From: a virus
Reading direction: 5' to 3' (one strand)
Virus record (IMG/VR): IMGVR_UViG_3300029249_000109
Location: 47,352 to 111,351 of that record
Length of the DNA: 64,000 bases
The stretch's first letter is position 1, and the number at the start of each line of letters is the position of its first letter. Made by a program: the position numbers and the translations under genes. The notes under the pieces were generated by a model. That model had not been told where the DNA came from. It ran no database searches and was given only the letters and a program-made list of their open reading frames with translations. Positions 10,534 through 20,791 of the stretch are shown piece after piece.

Positions 10534-10937
10534 AATAGACTCCTACATCTGAGTGGATGTCTACTGGCTCGAATAATATCTTCCAAGCATTCTGGTACGA
10601 CAGAAAACTTTTTAAACAAATCAAACGTATTGCGGTACATTAAATCATCTATATTTATCTGCCGCATTTTATTTTCACAGATATATCGAACATCAGCTTC
10701 TCCATACAACTTAGTGAATAATTTGCAATATTCAAACGACTTGGCCAATCCAAGATATTTATCAAAGTAGAACATAGTACACTGTGCGTTCATTTTACTA
10801 TAGTCAAACTTTTCACGGAATTCATCTGGCGATTTGCATATTACGATTACTTTGCGGTGCTTTTGTACAGTGTCTAAATTATCATACCAAGAACATACGG
10901 CATCGTATTTTTCTGGACTTACAAATAAAATTCTCAT
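10530..10937 (-). CDS. Hypothetical protein ending in -RCRSLL (tag set)
   Basis: 135 aa; C-terminus RASRHPLRCRSLL. Confidence 0.55.
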   Translation of the reverse strand: MRILFVSPEKYDAVCSWYDNLDTVQKHRKVIVICKSPDEFREKFDYSKMNAQCTMFYFDKYLGLAKSFEYCKLFTKLYGEADVRYICENKMRQINIDDLMYRNTFDLFKKFSVVPECLEDIIRASRHPLRCRSLL

Positions 10938-10968
10938 TACTAACTCCTTCTGCGACGCTGCGGCACTC

Positions 10969-11385
10969 TTATAATAAGCTGTGACATACTAGATTCTTTT
11001 TATTTCGTTCATACCAAGGTGCTGTGATTTTTACGATACGATCGAAAGTCCATGTATAGTCAAGCTTAATAGGATGCGCTAAATCCAAAAGGTCGTCCTT
11101 ATTAACAAGTCGGTAATAATCCACATCATTGAGCCAATCAAATTCCTTCGCCAGCCGTGTTGCCATATCGCTCATGGAATTATAGGTATATCCGGGTCCA
11201 AACCATATCTGATCGAATATTTTTGAACCATTATCGGCTTTTAAATACCATGCTCTAAAATCAAGATACGATTTGAATGGCTTGACCCATACTGTCTCAT
11301 AATTGTTTAATGAGATGAAGATTCCATTTTTGGCATTATAATTTGCAGAAGTCAACAGGGCAGCAGCTCTAGCAATTACATTCAT
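10969..11385 (-). CDS. Hypothetical protein ending in -VCHSLL (tag set)
   Basis: 138 aa; C-terminus NKKNLVCHSLL. Confidence 0.55.
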   Translation of the reverse strand: MNVIARAAALLTSANYNAKNGIFISLNNYETVWVKPFKSYLDFRAWYLKADNGSKIFDQIWFGPGYTYNSMSDMATRLAKEFDWLNDVDYYRLVNKDDLLDLAHPIKLDYTWTFDRIVKITAPWYERNKKNLVCHSLL

Positions 11386-11726
11386 AGTAAACTCCTACAA
11401 ACAAACGATTTTTTAGATTGCATTGTATACTTGCTAACCAAATCAAGATATCGCTTATAAATTAGTTCTGCAGCGTCACCTTCAATAGTTTCCATCCGTA
11501 ACCCAGATATGATTTCGACTTTGATAAAATCTTTTGGATTAAGAGTAAAAGTTAAATCCCAGTCATAATGTATATATCTGCGATCCATATCAACATGAAT
11601 CATTACTGAATCTACTTTATGTCCACGCTCTTCACTAAGTTCTGCATATAATTTATGCCGAGCCAGGTCTAGTATTTCCTTTTCGTTCTTTTTAAAATTA
11701 CTTGTTCCAAAAATATCTGTTGTCAT
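11382..11726 (-). CDS. Hypothetical protein ending in -VCRSLL (tag set)
   Basis: 114 aa; C-terminus QSKKSFVCRSLL. Confidence 0.55.
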   Translation of the reverse strand: MTTDIFGTSNFKKNEKEILDLARHKLYAELSEERGHKVDSVMIHVDMDRRYIHYDWDLTFTLNPKDFIKVEIISGLRMETIEGDAAELIYKRYLDLVSKYTMQSKKSFVCRSLL

Positions 11727-12190
11727 AGTAAACTCCTACAGGTCAGTTGCACCGTTGGTCTTCCTATGGTTGGATCATCAGCGTCCTCGATTTCTGGATT
11801 TAGTGCAACTTCAGATGGGCCATATGTAGCCATAGAACAAGCGGCAATTAGATTGGAATTTATAACACGCTTCATACATTCATCAATATCGTCGATCACC
11901 ATGGGTTTTCTTCTGGCGGGACCAAACATCGCATGTTGAAAATTAGTAGCATCAATAATATGGATCACAATGGTGTCGTTCCATGTTTTGACCTTGATAT
12001 CATGCAGCCTGTCATTATATCCAATATATTCATATTCACCATTAGAATCATGGCAGATTTGCATTATGATCGTTACAATGTGTTGAATAGAACTCAGAGC
12101 GGGTACAATAATATCGCAGTCATTTTCAATCGCGTATTTACATATTCGATAGGTACGACCGCTGCCGCGCGGAGCTATAATTTTTTCCAT
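11723..12190 (-). CDS. Hypothetical protein ending in -TCRSLL (tag set), with a possible P-loop-like GSGRT near the N-terminus
   Basis: 155 aa; N-terminus IIAPRGSGRTY; C-terminus TVQLTCRSLL. Confidence 0.55.
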   Translation of the reverse strand: MEKIIAPRGSGRTYRICKYAIENDCDIIVPALSSIQHIVTIIMQICHDSNGEYEYIGYNDRLHDIKVKTWNDTIVIHIIDATNFQHAMFGPARRKPMVIDDIDECMKRVINSNLIAACSMATYGPSEVALNPEIEDADDPTIGRPTVQLTCRSLL

Positions 12191-12207
12191 AATGCTGAGC
12201 CTCCCAT

Positions 12208-12492
12208 TTAATCAAATAATTGCACGCATAGTTTTAAAGCTAAATCAATGATCCACTTGGCATCGTCATTGCGCAGGACTTTGTAAATGTTCCCGATAAA
12301 TGCAAATACCGCTGGGCCTTTTTCTTTGTATAAATTGTATTCGACTCCGCGTCTGCCTCCTAAAAAATCCATTAGAAATCCAGAATCGTCTTTCAGTCCA
12401 AGTAATAAAATGTAGTCATCGAAGTGTCTCGACATCTTATAAGTCAAATACTCATCAATCGCCCAAAATGTATTCTCTTTAGTTTCATTCAT
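12208..12492 (-). CDS. Hypothetical protein (94 aa)
   Basis: ORF only. Confidence 0.45.
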   Translation of the reverse strand: MNETKENTFWAIDEYLTYKMSRHFDDYILLLGLKDDSGFLMDFLGGRRGVEYNLYKEKGPAVFAFIGNIYKVLRNDDAKWIIDLALKLCVQLFD

Positions 12493-12496
12493 TTTT

Positions 12497-12925
12497 TTAT
12501 GTCAGCATCCTTTTACCAAACGGTGTAATCAAATATCGATGTAGGGCTGCGTCTTCCAGCTCTTTTTGTAACTGATGGAGCTTAGTCATATTATCGAGAT
12601 AAGAGGGAAGCGATTTTTCTACAATTTCATAGATCAAAGCGTTTATCTGTAACCATTCTTTCATCGTCATTCCACGGTGCACCATAGGACGAATCATCCA
12701 ATCAATCTGGTCGCGGATATAATCAATAGAGAAAGGATCAATTTCGTGTAGCATACTCATTCTTTCTATATAGTTCTTAAATAACTCCACTGTCTGTTCG
12801 GCTTCGGCTTCTCGGTAGCGGTCACACAATTCTTTCGCGAGACTATCAATGGCGTCATAGTTCCATCCGTCGGTAGGAGACCAATAGTCCGCTACTTTCA
12901 GGCCGCTTATTTTTACTTCTATCAT
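12497..12925 (-). CDS. Hypothetical protein (start moved to an internal Met so it no longer overlaps the phoH-like gene)
   Basis: ATG at 12925 follows gaggagtcacgcaag (MIEVKISGL...). Confidence 0.45.
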   Translation of the reverse strand: MIEVKISGLKVADYWSPTDGWNYDAIDSLAKELCDRYREAEAEQTVELFKNYIERMSMLHEIDPFSIDYIRDQIDWMIRPMVHRGMTMKEWLQINALIYEIVEKSLPSYLDNMTKLHQLQKELEDAALHRYLITPFGKRMLT

Positions 12926-12938
12926 CTTGCGTGACTCC

Positions 12939-14285
12939 TCAATCGAGTAGATCGGCCAGACGGGCAGTCTCAGAGCGTTCCGTAATAGGTAAGTAAACCG
13001 TTCCAAAGCGTTCATTTCCTGTCAGCTTATCAATCAACTTTTGAATGCCGTTATTTCGTTCGAAAGCTACATCATCAATCTGTCTCAAATCACCGTTAAT
13101 CCACAGTGTGCTGCCATCACCAACTCGACCAATCAATAACTGAATATGCTGCTTAGTGAGGTTTTCCGCTTCACTGCAATAAATTATAGATCGATTGAAG
13201 CTGCGTCCACGAATAAAGCCGAGCGGCTGAATCTCTACCCATCCATCAGTGATAGCTCGCTCCAATGCAACCTCGCCGCCAAGACAGTCGGCTAGAATTG
13301 CTGCGAATGGATATACCTTTTCAAGCATAGAGCCGGGAAGGAAGCCAATTTCTTTTGTGTCTTTGACCTCGATATTGTTGCGAACCCAAACGATCTTGTC
13401 GTATTTGCCCTTTTCGATCAGATCAACAGCGTGATTAACCATCAGGAAGTCTTTGCCGCTACCATACACACCAAGAAGCAGTTTGATTGTGATGTCGTCG
13501 TTCTGAAGTAGGTCAAAGGCGAGCTTTTGCTGATTGTTGAGCGGCTTGATCTTACCTGAGTAGGCGGTGTTCAGGTTCTTGTATTTAATAGGTACATAGC
13601 GTGAACCATCCCATCGAAGCCCCGCTGTGTTACCGTCTGCGTCTGCATTTGGAATCAATACATAACCGTTTGTGGGTGTATCAAACAAGTTCTTTTGCTC
13701 GATATCTTTGGAGTAGGCCATTGCCAGTGCTTCCTCACCACCCTGATCCATGGGCACCTCTGTCCAGCCAGTGTAGTCATTGTGGGCTCCGCCGCGATCA
13801 AGAGATAGTTCACAGGGCAGTTTCATAATCCGTTGTGCAAGATTGAAGCAGCTTAGGTCACTGGTAACAAAACAGAAGGAATCAACATCAGCGGTCGTTT
13901 TGGCTACGAGTTCATCTGCGGCCGACTTTTCAAACACTCCCGCCCTGGTCTGAATCTTCTCTGCGTCTTCTTTCTTTTCAATCAGCTCATTCAGATACCA
14001 TCGGGCAGCAGCCATAATCGTTCCGTCGTTGTTGTCTTTAGCTGGGATATCATTCAGGATCGAGAGCAGCTGTGGGTAGTCAATAGATACTACTGTATAC
14101 GCTGTGGGATGTTCGGCGAGTAGGCGAGTGACTGTGCGGGCCTTAGCTTTGGTAGCTTCATCCTTCTTTCCACTGGTCTTGATATCTTCCAGCTCATAGA
14201 GAGTGATGTCAGCAATTAGGAACTGCTGTGCAAGTAATGTGTCGGGCGGGAGATCTAGCAGGGCAGAAGTATCGTAAAATTTCAT
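12939..14285 (-). CDS. phoH: PhoH-like ATPase with an N-terminal PIN domain (YlaK-type)
   Basis: N-terminal PIN-like MKFYDTSALLDLP. PhoH motifs GVYGSGKDFL (P-loop), GFLPG, IRGRSFNRSIIYCSEAENLT and GDLRQID. Confidence 0.8.
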   Translation of the reverse strand: MKFYDTSALLDLPPDTLLAQQFLIADITLYELEDIKTSGKKDEATKAKARTVTRLLAEHPTAYTVVSIDYPQLLSILNDIPAKDNNDGTIMAAARWYLNELIEKKEDAEKIQTRAGVFEKSAADELVAKTTADVDSFCFVTSDLSCFNLAQRIMKLPCELSLDRGGAHNDYTGWTEVPMDQGGEEALAMAYSKDIEQKNLFDTPTNGYVLIPNADADGNTAGLRWDGSRYVPIKYKNLNTAYSGKIKPLNNQQKLAFDLLQNDDITIKLLLGVYGSGKDFLMVNHAVDLIEKGKYDKIVWVRNNIEVKDTKEIGFLPGSMLEKVYPFAAILADCLGGEVALERAITDGWVEIQPLGFIRGRSFNRSIIYCSEAENLTKQHIQLLIGRVGDGSTLWINGDLRQIDDVAFERNNGIQKLIDKLTGNERFGTVYLPITERSETARLADLLD

Positions 14286-14394
14286 ACCGATAAATCAACA
14301 TCCTTTCAGAGAATTAAGATTGTTTGATTATTTACTACTGCTGTTTACAAGGCGATAAAAATGATCGTAGCAAGATGGGCGATTCTTGATACGC

Positions 14395-14410
14395 AAACAG
14401 AAGAAGTAAA
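14395..14410 (+). promoter_or_regulatory. Copy of the recurring 16-bp motif AAACAGAAGAAGTAAA in the divergent intergenic hub
   Basis: Exact 16-mer. A partial inverted arm ctgttta lies at 14341-14347. Confidence 0.4.
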
Positions 14411-15980
14411 CTATCATACACCTATTATACAACAAAATCACATGATTATCAAGTGAAATTGCATATATTTTCCGGAGCGATACGTTGTTTTTTGGCGCTA
14501 CTGTGCAGTAGTGTGGCATATAGTGTCGTTTTTGTATGAAATGAGCGGCTTCTGATGCATTTTTAACGATTTTAGGACGAAATTTGACGTTTTTGATCAA
14601 AAATTGTGCGGTATTTAAACAATCAGGAAGGAGAAATTAAGCTTCAGCGGTGCGTCTACAGAGCGAAATTACGATAATAGGCGGATTTTAGTGCGTTGTG
14701 ATAGGAGGATATTTTTAACGATAGTGCGTTGTTTACCGGATTGGGCTTCGGGACGTTTTTGAGCTGCGCAGCAGTGCACGGTGGTATTTGGAAATACTAT
14801 GGCGCAAGGTGTGCTATGTGATCTTGATGGGCAGAAATAGGGGCTGCAGAGCAGTGGTTGACATGGCTGTGGGGATCAAAATAGGGGAGTGAGGTACTGC
14901 ATAGATGGATGTAGAAATGTTGTAAATGCGGTAGTGAACTCGGGAGGTTTGGGACGGGATGGGGAGATAGAACAACTAAGCCCTTCGGGCTTCGCGCGGG
15001 CTGACCCCGGATTTTCAACCTGCCCCCCCTCTTGCCCTGTCTACCATCCATTTTTTCTAGGATTCATGCGGATTTTCGGCTAATATGACCTTTTGTTAAA
15101 AGGTGGGATTAGGTAGTCCCTGAATACGAAATTTATACCTATTTATATATAGGCGACTTCCCATTCTGTTTTTGCGGACAGTGGTTTTTGCTGTTTGTGC
15201 ACTTGTTGCAAAAATAAATGAGTAGGCTATACTGTAGACACTCCAAGGGGAGCGGGAAACACCGGAACGGCACCCGCCACCCGGGGAGTAGTCGCACCTT
15301 GAAAATTGCAAAGTTTGGATTTCTCCATGTGGGCGGTTTATACCGTGCCGGGTTTCCGGTCAAGTGGTTATCCCTTGCCATTCCAAAACATGGGTTTCCC
15401 ATCTGAGCAATTAGTGCGCCCAAACCCCGATGGCCAAACATTACCGGCATAATTCCCAAGAACGTGGGAGAAGTGCGGGGGGCGGAGTACCTTGATAACT
15501 GAACAAAAGGCAGAACCTAAGATAACACCACGGGGACTGTTATGCGCAAGCATAGATTTGTAGAAAACGCCAAGGCCAGAGCTGGCGATAATAGATACAT
15601 TTCCAAAGATAGCAACGGTTGTTTGATGGCGTGGAACCGCCTAGAGGAGAAAAAAGCTCTTGTATCACCCCTACTATAAGCTAGAATAGCGGGCAAGGGT
15701 GCAAGAAAAAGAACACCATTAGTTCCAGATGGGTAAAGTGCGCCAAGACTAACTAACGCACGATGGACAGCACACGGGCTGTATAAGTCCGTGCCATAAT
15801 GGAACACGGGCAACAGTGCAATGGCCTAGAGAAAAGCACATACCCAAAAGCATATAAGCTACAAGTGTAGCTTCACATAAAAGAGACGGTCATCGGTATG
15901 CACTCTCCAAAAGCGTACCGTACCAGAGCGCTAAACAATCCGGTTTGGTGCAAGTTTTTACAAGATGAGAGGTAACTATT

Positions 15981-16832
15981 ATGCTGAAAGTTTATGCTGA
16001 CTATGATGCCATTGCTAAGGCGGGCAAGCTGAACGAACTGACCATTCCCGAACTGGTAAAGTTCTTGAATGACCAGAAAACCGTTCTGACCGCTGAGCAG
16101 TCTCAGAATGTCACCGCCACGCTCAACAAGGCAGTCGAAAATTCCAACAAGGCCGCCTGTGATGCAAAGTGTGGTGAGTTCTGCGCTATGGAGCGCGCTG
16201 AAATGTGGCGTTCTTACGCTCCTAACCCCTACTACAGTGGCGTCAAGATCACCACTGACCCCAAGAGCGGTGCTCTGTCCACCCAAGATGCCAAGATGCT
16301 CATCAAGTTCAAGGCACTGGAGAAGTATTACCAGACCCTGAACGCTGTCGAAACCAACGGCAATGGCGAACCTATGCCCAACAAGGCCGTAACTCTCTGC
16401 CATGATGGCCACTATGAGAAACTGGTCATGCTGTTCAATGGTATGCTTTCTGAAGAGACCGCAAGCGAGCTTTGCGCTGACAAGCTGACTCGTAGCTCCA
16501 AGGTAGAAGAAACCCTCAAAGATATGGGACTGGATTGTTTTGTCGGTCCTGTCAACAAAGGCAAGCGTCTTGCTCAGCTTCAGGCCATTTGGAACGCCAT
16601 GCTCCCCGAAGAACTGGCGGCCAACTGCACTGCGCTGTCTTGCGATATTAAGTATCTCAAGATTGCAGCAAACCGCGCAAAACAGGGCTCTGTCAAGGGT
16701 ATCGGCGACAAGGCCATGATTGACGAGATTGTTGTCACCATCTCTAAGGGTCTGTCTTTTGATGGCAAGGCACGTTCCTCTAAGTACGACTTTGCAAGCA
16801 AGAGCAAGTTCTTTGCCAAGGCTGAACAGTAA
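15981..16832 (+). CDS. Hypothetical protein (283 aa) with GC3-rich codon usage unlike the bulk of the genome, embedded in a long non-coding region
   Basis: ORF with gagagg about 12 nt upstream. The long antisense ORF 15873..16868 is judged a GC-rich artefact (Leu/Gly/Val-rich). Confidence 0.55.
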   Translation: MLKVYADYDAIAKAGKLNELTIPELVKFLNDQKTVLTAEQSQNVTATLNKAVENSNKAACDAKCGEFCAMERAEMWRSYAPNPYYSGVKITTDPKSGALSTQDAKMLIKFKALEKYYQTLNAVETNGNGEPMPNKAVTLCHDGHYEKLVMLFNGMLSEETASELCADKLTRSSKVEETLKDMGLDCFVGPVNKGKRLAQLQAIWNAMLPEELAANCTALSCDIKYLKIAANRAKQGSVKGIGDKAMIDEIVVTISKGLSFDGKARSSKYDFASKSKFFAKAEQ

Positions 16833-17329
16833 CACACACAGTAGTCGGACACCCTTTCGGGGTCGCACCGTTCAAAGCGGCCCCTTTCCAACGCGGTATG
16901 CGTAGCGTCTTAGAGTGTGGCGCATTTTGTACGCTCAGAAAAGAGGTTATTACTGCATTCTAAATGAAATCTAAGAAAGGAACCCGCCGTGTATGAAATC
17001 AAAAATAATAGCTAGTGTCCTGAGCATGACGTTAAACTGCTTATGTCCGCACAATGCTATGAAATAATGGACAATACCATTATATGCGGGTATACGCAGG
17101 GACAAACCATAGCATTCCACCTAAGTCCTGCACTACCAAAGGGCTGAAAAGGCAAGTGCAAAATATATAAATGGCCCTGCTTACATGCAAGTTTATGAGC
17201 GTAGCCTTGTATGTATGAAAGAGGTATGGCAACCAAAAATGCCCGCTCACCCCTGTAATCAGGATGCCTTGACGTGGCGCAGGGGCTTTAAACTAAGAGC
17301 CTGAAAGAAAAGAGAAAGGAGTTATCTCT

Positions 17330-17914
17330 GTGTATCGAAACGAAAATGGGATTGTTATCCAGTGCGTCAAACATAAAGGAATGACGTACAACGGTTGCAA
17401 AGTTCCGTATAAGGGGCTTTACGGCACGTTTAACGGCAGAGAGTTTGTCGCTGAACCGCGTTTGAATCTTGAAACAAAAGAAATGCGGCTCAAACACCGT
17501 GATTTGAAAACAAAAACTCGTTGGGACGACATTCCCGATAGAGGGATCGTGAACCACATCGTCATGGCCGCAAAAGCCGGTTGCATTCAGCTTTACAAGT
17601 GGGATACAAAAATGGCTACTTCTGATCAAAACAAAGCGAGAAAAGAATCTGAGTTTTGGCACAAAGAAGCGGCAAATCCTGATACGATTCGACGGTTCAA
17701 GTATAAATTAAAATACCAAAATGCCCCGACGACTACACATGAATACTCCGTAAGAAGCCGCATACTTTACGGAGAAACTATTGAAATGAACGGCAAAATT
17801 AAAGACATTGGTCAAGTTCAATGTTATATGGATGGAAATGGAATTGGTTCGAGATTTGATAATAGTGACCATCGCCCATTGAATCCTGGTGCTCATGTAA
17901 ATAGTGGCAAATAA
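17330..17914 (+). CDS. Hypothetical protein (GTG start)
   Basis: aaaggag lies 9 nt upstream of GTG; 194 aa. Confidence 0.5.
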   Translation: MYRNENGIVIQCVKHKGMTYNGCKVPYKGLYGTFNGREFVAEPRLNLETKEMRLKHRDLKTKTRWDDIPDRGIVNHIVMAAKAGCIQLYKWDTKMATSDQNKARKESEFWHKEAANPDTIRRFKYKLKYQNAPTTTHEYSVRSRILYGETIEMNGKIKDIGQVQCYMDGNGIGSRFDNSDHRPLNPGAHVNSGK

Positions 17915-17937
17915 TAACCAACCACAACGCCAACTCA

Positions 17938-17972
17938 AACGCCGCTAGGCTAAGTGCTGGCGTTTTCTTTTA
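17938..17972 (+). terminator. Rho-independent terminator candidate
   Basis: Stem aacgcc/ggcgtt with a 15-nt loop, then ttttcttttacctctttt. Confidence 0.5.
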
Positions 17973-18079
17973 CCTCTTTTCTTATACCGTGCGATTGGCG
18001 GTCACGGGGAAGATAGTATACCGCTACCAGTACGCTCATCAACGGACATTTACACACACACACACGAAAGGACAAGAAA

Positions 18080-18406
18080 ATGAAAATTATCAATTGCACA
18101 CCTCATGAGATTTCTTTTGTTGCCGATAACGGTGACATCATTCGCACCATTTCTGCAAGCGGTATTCTGCCTCGTGTGGCTACCTCTTACACGGTAGCGG
18201 CCACTGTTGACGGCGTCCCTGATGAAATCACTGTGTATGGTGATGTCGAAGGACTTCCAGCAGAAGAGCCCGAAACAATTCTGGTCGTGTCTGCTCTCGT
18301 GGCAAATGCGTGCAAGAACCGCAAGGATCTTCGCATTCCCGGGCGACAAGTTCGTGATGAAGCTGGCCATGTTATCGGATGCAAGAGCCTGAGCCGCCCT
18401 TGCTAA
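18080..18406 (+). CDS. Hypothetical protein ending in ...GCKSLSRPC (degenerate relative of the C-terminal tag)
   Basis: RBS gaaaggacaag; 108 aa. Confidence 0.5.
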   Translation: MKIINCTPHEISFVADNGDIIRTISASGILPRVATSYTVAATVDGVPDEITVYGDVEGLPAEEPETILVVSALVANACKNRKDLRIPGRQVRDEAGHVIGCKSLSRPC

Positions 18407-18419
18407 AGAGGTGTAACTC

Positions 18420-18576
18420 ATGGCAATTATTGCAATCGAGTCTGCTCTCGATGTCGCAATTATGTTTGGAGACAAAGAGTTGGCGGAAATTTATAGTGAA
18501 GCCCTTAAAGAAGCAGGTGTCCACTATGAAAGCTCTGCCAAGTGCTGGGCGGGATGAAAGGAGAATGCGAAAATGA
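18420..18576 (+). CDS. Small hypothetical protein (52 aa)
   Basis: ATG after aaagaggtgtaactc; ATGA overlap with the next gene. Confidence 0.4.
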
Positions 18577-18827
18577 ACGAAAGCATTATTTTTAAAACCG
18601 TTGCAAATGGTCACGAGATTGTCGTGTACCGTTATCCCACCGGCCATCCCGCGTATTCTAAGACCGTATACGTCTCTAATAACGTTAGGGACGAAAGGGG
18701 CGGCCTGTTCGACCTGGCCGCGTTTCGCGATTACGACGGCTACCCCGTTGAACGGGGTTTTAACAGCGCGGCAGATGCGCTTCATTACGCACGAAAGTGT
18801 TTAATGAACGCAAAAATGCCGTTTTAA
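18573..18827 (+). CDS. Hypothetical protein (84 aa)
   Basis: ORF; RBS ggagaatgcgaaa. Confidence 0.5.
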   Translation: MNESIIFKTVANGHEIVVYRYPTGHPAYSKTVYVSNNVRDERGGLFDLAAFRDYDGYPVERGFNSAADALHYARKCLMNAKMPF

Positions 18828-18841
18828 GGGGGTGCGACGTT

Positions 18842-19240
18842 ATGGGAACCACGAGAATCGTTTGTTTGATTGACTTGAATGCTTTGAGTATCGTCGAAGC
18901 ATCTCTGTGTGAAAATTCGCACGGAGCAAGCAACGAATACCAACGGCTCAAAAAAGAAGCGGCACGACTTCAGAAAGTGAACAAGACTCACACGTATTCT
19001 GTTCTTCGGTATGAGATGCCACGCGTTATGCGAGGCAAGAACGTGTCCAACACTATCATTGAGCAGGGTGGGCAATACACTCTGCTGAAACGAAAGAATA
19101 CGTTGTGCCCATATATCGTAGCGTTTTGCTACGATGAAGAAGATGGGACATGGACACAAGGTCACTACTTCAATGACCTGAAATCCGCTGTCAATTTTCT
19201 GTATGAAAATGATCCTTGGTTTAAAAATAAGGAGGATTAA
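18842..19240 (+). CDS. Hypothetical protein (132 aa)
   Basis: Start moved to MGTTRIV, which follows aagggggtgcgacgtt. Confidence 0.5.
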   Translation: MGTTRIVCLIDLNALSIVEASLCENSHGASNEYQRLKKEAARLQKVNKTHTYSVLRYEMPRVMRGKNVSNTIIEQGGQYTLLKRKNTLCPYIVAFCYDEEDGTWTQGHYFNDLKSAVNFLYENDPWFKNKED

Positions 19241-19243
19241 ATT

Positions 19244-19351
19244 ATGTGGTGGTATTTTGTACTTATCAAATGGTTTCCCCCGATTGTTATCGCGCTGTCT
19301 TTTATCGGTGGCGCGTATGCAGCATGGGACCTTATTCATAATAACGACTGA
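19244..19351 (+). CDS. Small single-pass membrane protein (35 aa)
   Basis: Strong RBS aataaggaggattaaatt. Translates to MWWYFVLIKWFPPIVIALSFIGGAYAAWDLIHNND. Confidence 0.5.
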   Translation: MWWYFVLIKWFPPIVIALSFIGGAYAAWDLIHNND

Positions 19352-19370
19352 CTTGAAAGGAGCAGCGCAT

Positions 19371-19949
19371 ATGAAAGCCAAAAATAAAACTCTTCGCGGT
19401 ATGACCGTAATTCTGATGGCTGTGATTTTGTTTACAACTATCTTCGCAATCCCTGTCCCTAACGCAAACGCTGCCGACGCCATGCCTCAGCAGCTGCAGA
19501 CGTACACCAAGCTCGGAACAATCTGGAGCAAAATCAACGGTGGATTTACTGCACTGGATGAACGCGGCCAGCTTTGGGCTTTTGATGCCGACCCTGATTC
19601 GTTTATCGTTGGGCAAGAAACGGAGCTCGTAATGAGTGATGCTGGTACACCCGAGTATATCTACGACGACGAAGTCGTAGCAGCAAATCCGATTCAAAGT
19701 CCCTATGTCGATGTGGTTGTTGGACCGCTCGGCCGTTATATTTTGCAGGGGACTGTCTCCGGCGTCTATAATCAAAATGAATGCGTCTGGATTTCCGACC
19801 AGTACGGTGAAGATTGGTTCTTTTACGGGTTCTGCCCACTGCAGCGTGGTGAAAGCGCGACACTCGTCATCAATTCAAATGGAACCCCGAATGATTTTAG
19901 TGATGACTATATCGAGGACGTACTGTTCTCTGATTGTGATGTCGATTAA
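19371..19949 (+). CDS. Secreted protein with an N-terminal signal peptide
   Basis: RBS gaaaggagcagcgcat. Signal peptide MKAKNKTLRGMTVILMAVILFTTIFAIPVPNANA, then ADA. Confidence 0.55.
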   Translation: MKAKNKTLRGMTVILMAVILFTTIFAIPVPNANAADAMPQQLQTYTKLGTIWSKINGGFTALDERGQLWAFDADPDSFIVGQETELVMSDAGTPEYIYDDEVVAANPIQSPYVDVVVGPLGRYILQGTVSGVYNQNECVWISDQYGEDWFFYGFCPLQRGESATLVINSNGTPNDFSDDYIEDVLFSDCDVD

Positions 19950-19964
19950 AGAGAGGTAAATATT

Positions 19965-20441
19965 ATGACTCAGTTGAAGATTCTCAATTATGCTCAGAAA
20001 GCCGCTATGAATAACTGGTGGCTTTACGACGAGTTGGCTGATAAGTTCGTTGGCGAAAAGGCTGGCGAGATGGCGAGAAATATTGCAAATGAAATCATGA
20101 ATGACGTCAAAGAAATCGGCGTCATGATTGATGCAGAAGAAAAGCGTCTCCGTGCAGAAGCTGAAAAGCAGCGCAGGCAGGAGCAGGCCGTAAAAGCACA
20201 GCAGGCACAGCAGCCGGAGCGCCCCACTGCTGGACGTATCGTGGATGACGGTACTAAATGGACTGTTACAATCCAGTACAAGGATGGTCTCGAAACGGCG
20301 TCCCAATTTTCTCGTGAGGATGGGGCGCGCAAGGCATACGAGACGATTCGTATGCTGGATAAGGGGATTGCCAAATCGAATCTTTCCAGAATGACCCTGA
20401 CCAACAAGGATGCCGTCGTGAAATCATACGAGAGAGACTGA
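19965..20441 (+). CDS. Hypothetical protein with a Gln/Glu-rich low-complexity segment
   Basis: Contains EKRLRAEAEKQRRQEQAVKAQQAQQPERP. Confidence 0.5.
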   Translation: MTQLKILNYAQKAAMNNWWLYDELADKFVGEKAGEMARNIANEIMNDVKEIGVMIDAEEKRLRAEAEKQRRQEQAVKAQQAQQPERPTAGRIVDDGTKWTVTIQYKDGLETASQFSREDGARKAYETIRMLDKGIAKSNLSRMTLTNKDAVVKSYERD

Positions 20442-20452
20442 GAGGCGCAGCG

Positions 20453-20791
20453 ATGTATTCCAACTTCTTTTGCGAAGACAATGCAGGGGATATCTTTGTG
20501 TTTGTCTATTATCGCGATGATCTTATCAACGTGATCCATTTGCACGGTGACGAAAGTATCGAAGCCGTAATGGATTCCTGTGAAACTGGTTGGCCGTTTG
20601 CTGACGAGTACAACCCGGAAGATTACGGCGGGCTGAGTATGACCGCATTCCTTGCTGAGCTCGACATTATGGGTGCAGAAATCATCGCTGAAATCAATGG
20701 TCGTGAGCCGATTCTGTATCCCGAAGATATGGGCGAAGCAGGTCGCAAGCTGTTTCAGAGTTTGATTGCGGAAAGGGGCGCAGCTGTATGA
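20453..20791 (+). CDS. Hypothetical acidic protein
   Basis: ORF only. Confidence 0.5.
   Translation: MYSNFFCEDNAGDIFVFVYYRDDLINVIHLHGDESIEAVMDSCETGWPFADEYNPEDYGGLSMTAFLAELDIMGAEIIAEINGREPILYPEDMGEAGRKLFQSLIAERGAAV

Noticed and set aside
14328-14600. 90-aa minus-strand ORF in the divergent intergenic region
   Set aside because: No RBS, a Cys/Phe/Tyr-rich odd composition, and it overlaps the promoter and operator motif region. Probably not a gene.
14286-15980. RNase P RNA or tmRNA encoded in the long GC-rich non-coding region
   Set aside because: I searched by eye for GGAAAGUCC / ACAGAANCCGGCUUA (RNase P P4) and for a tRNA-like 3' end with T-loop plus CCA and an ALAA-type tag frame (tmRNA). 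None was found; only loose resemblances (gtataagtccgtgcc).
15873-16868. 331-aa minus-strand ORF antisense to the GC-rich 283-aa gene; similar long antisense ORFs at 26412..27200, 31673..32608, 35052..35555, 35895..36788, 37813..38817 and 43794..44711
   Set aside because: They lie opposite convincing sense genes that have RBSs and recognisable motifs. Their translations are Leu/Gly/Val/Arg-rich low-complexity strings typical of antisense frames of GC3-rich genes. They have no RBS.
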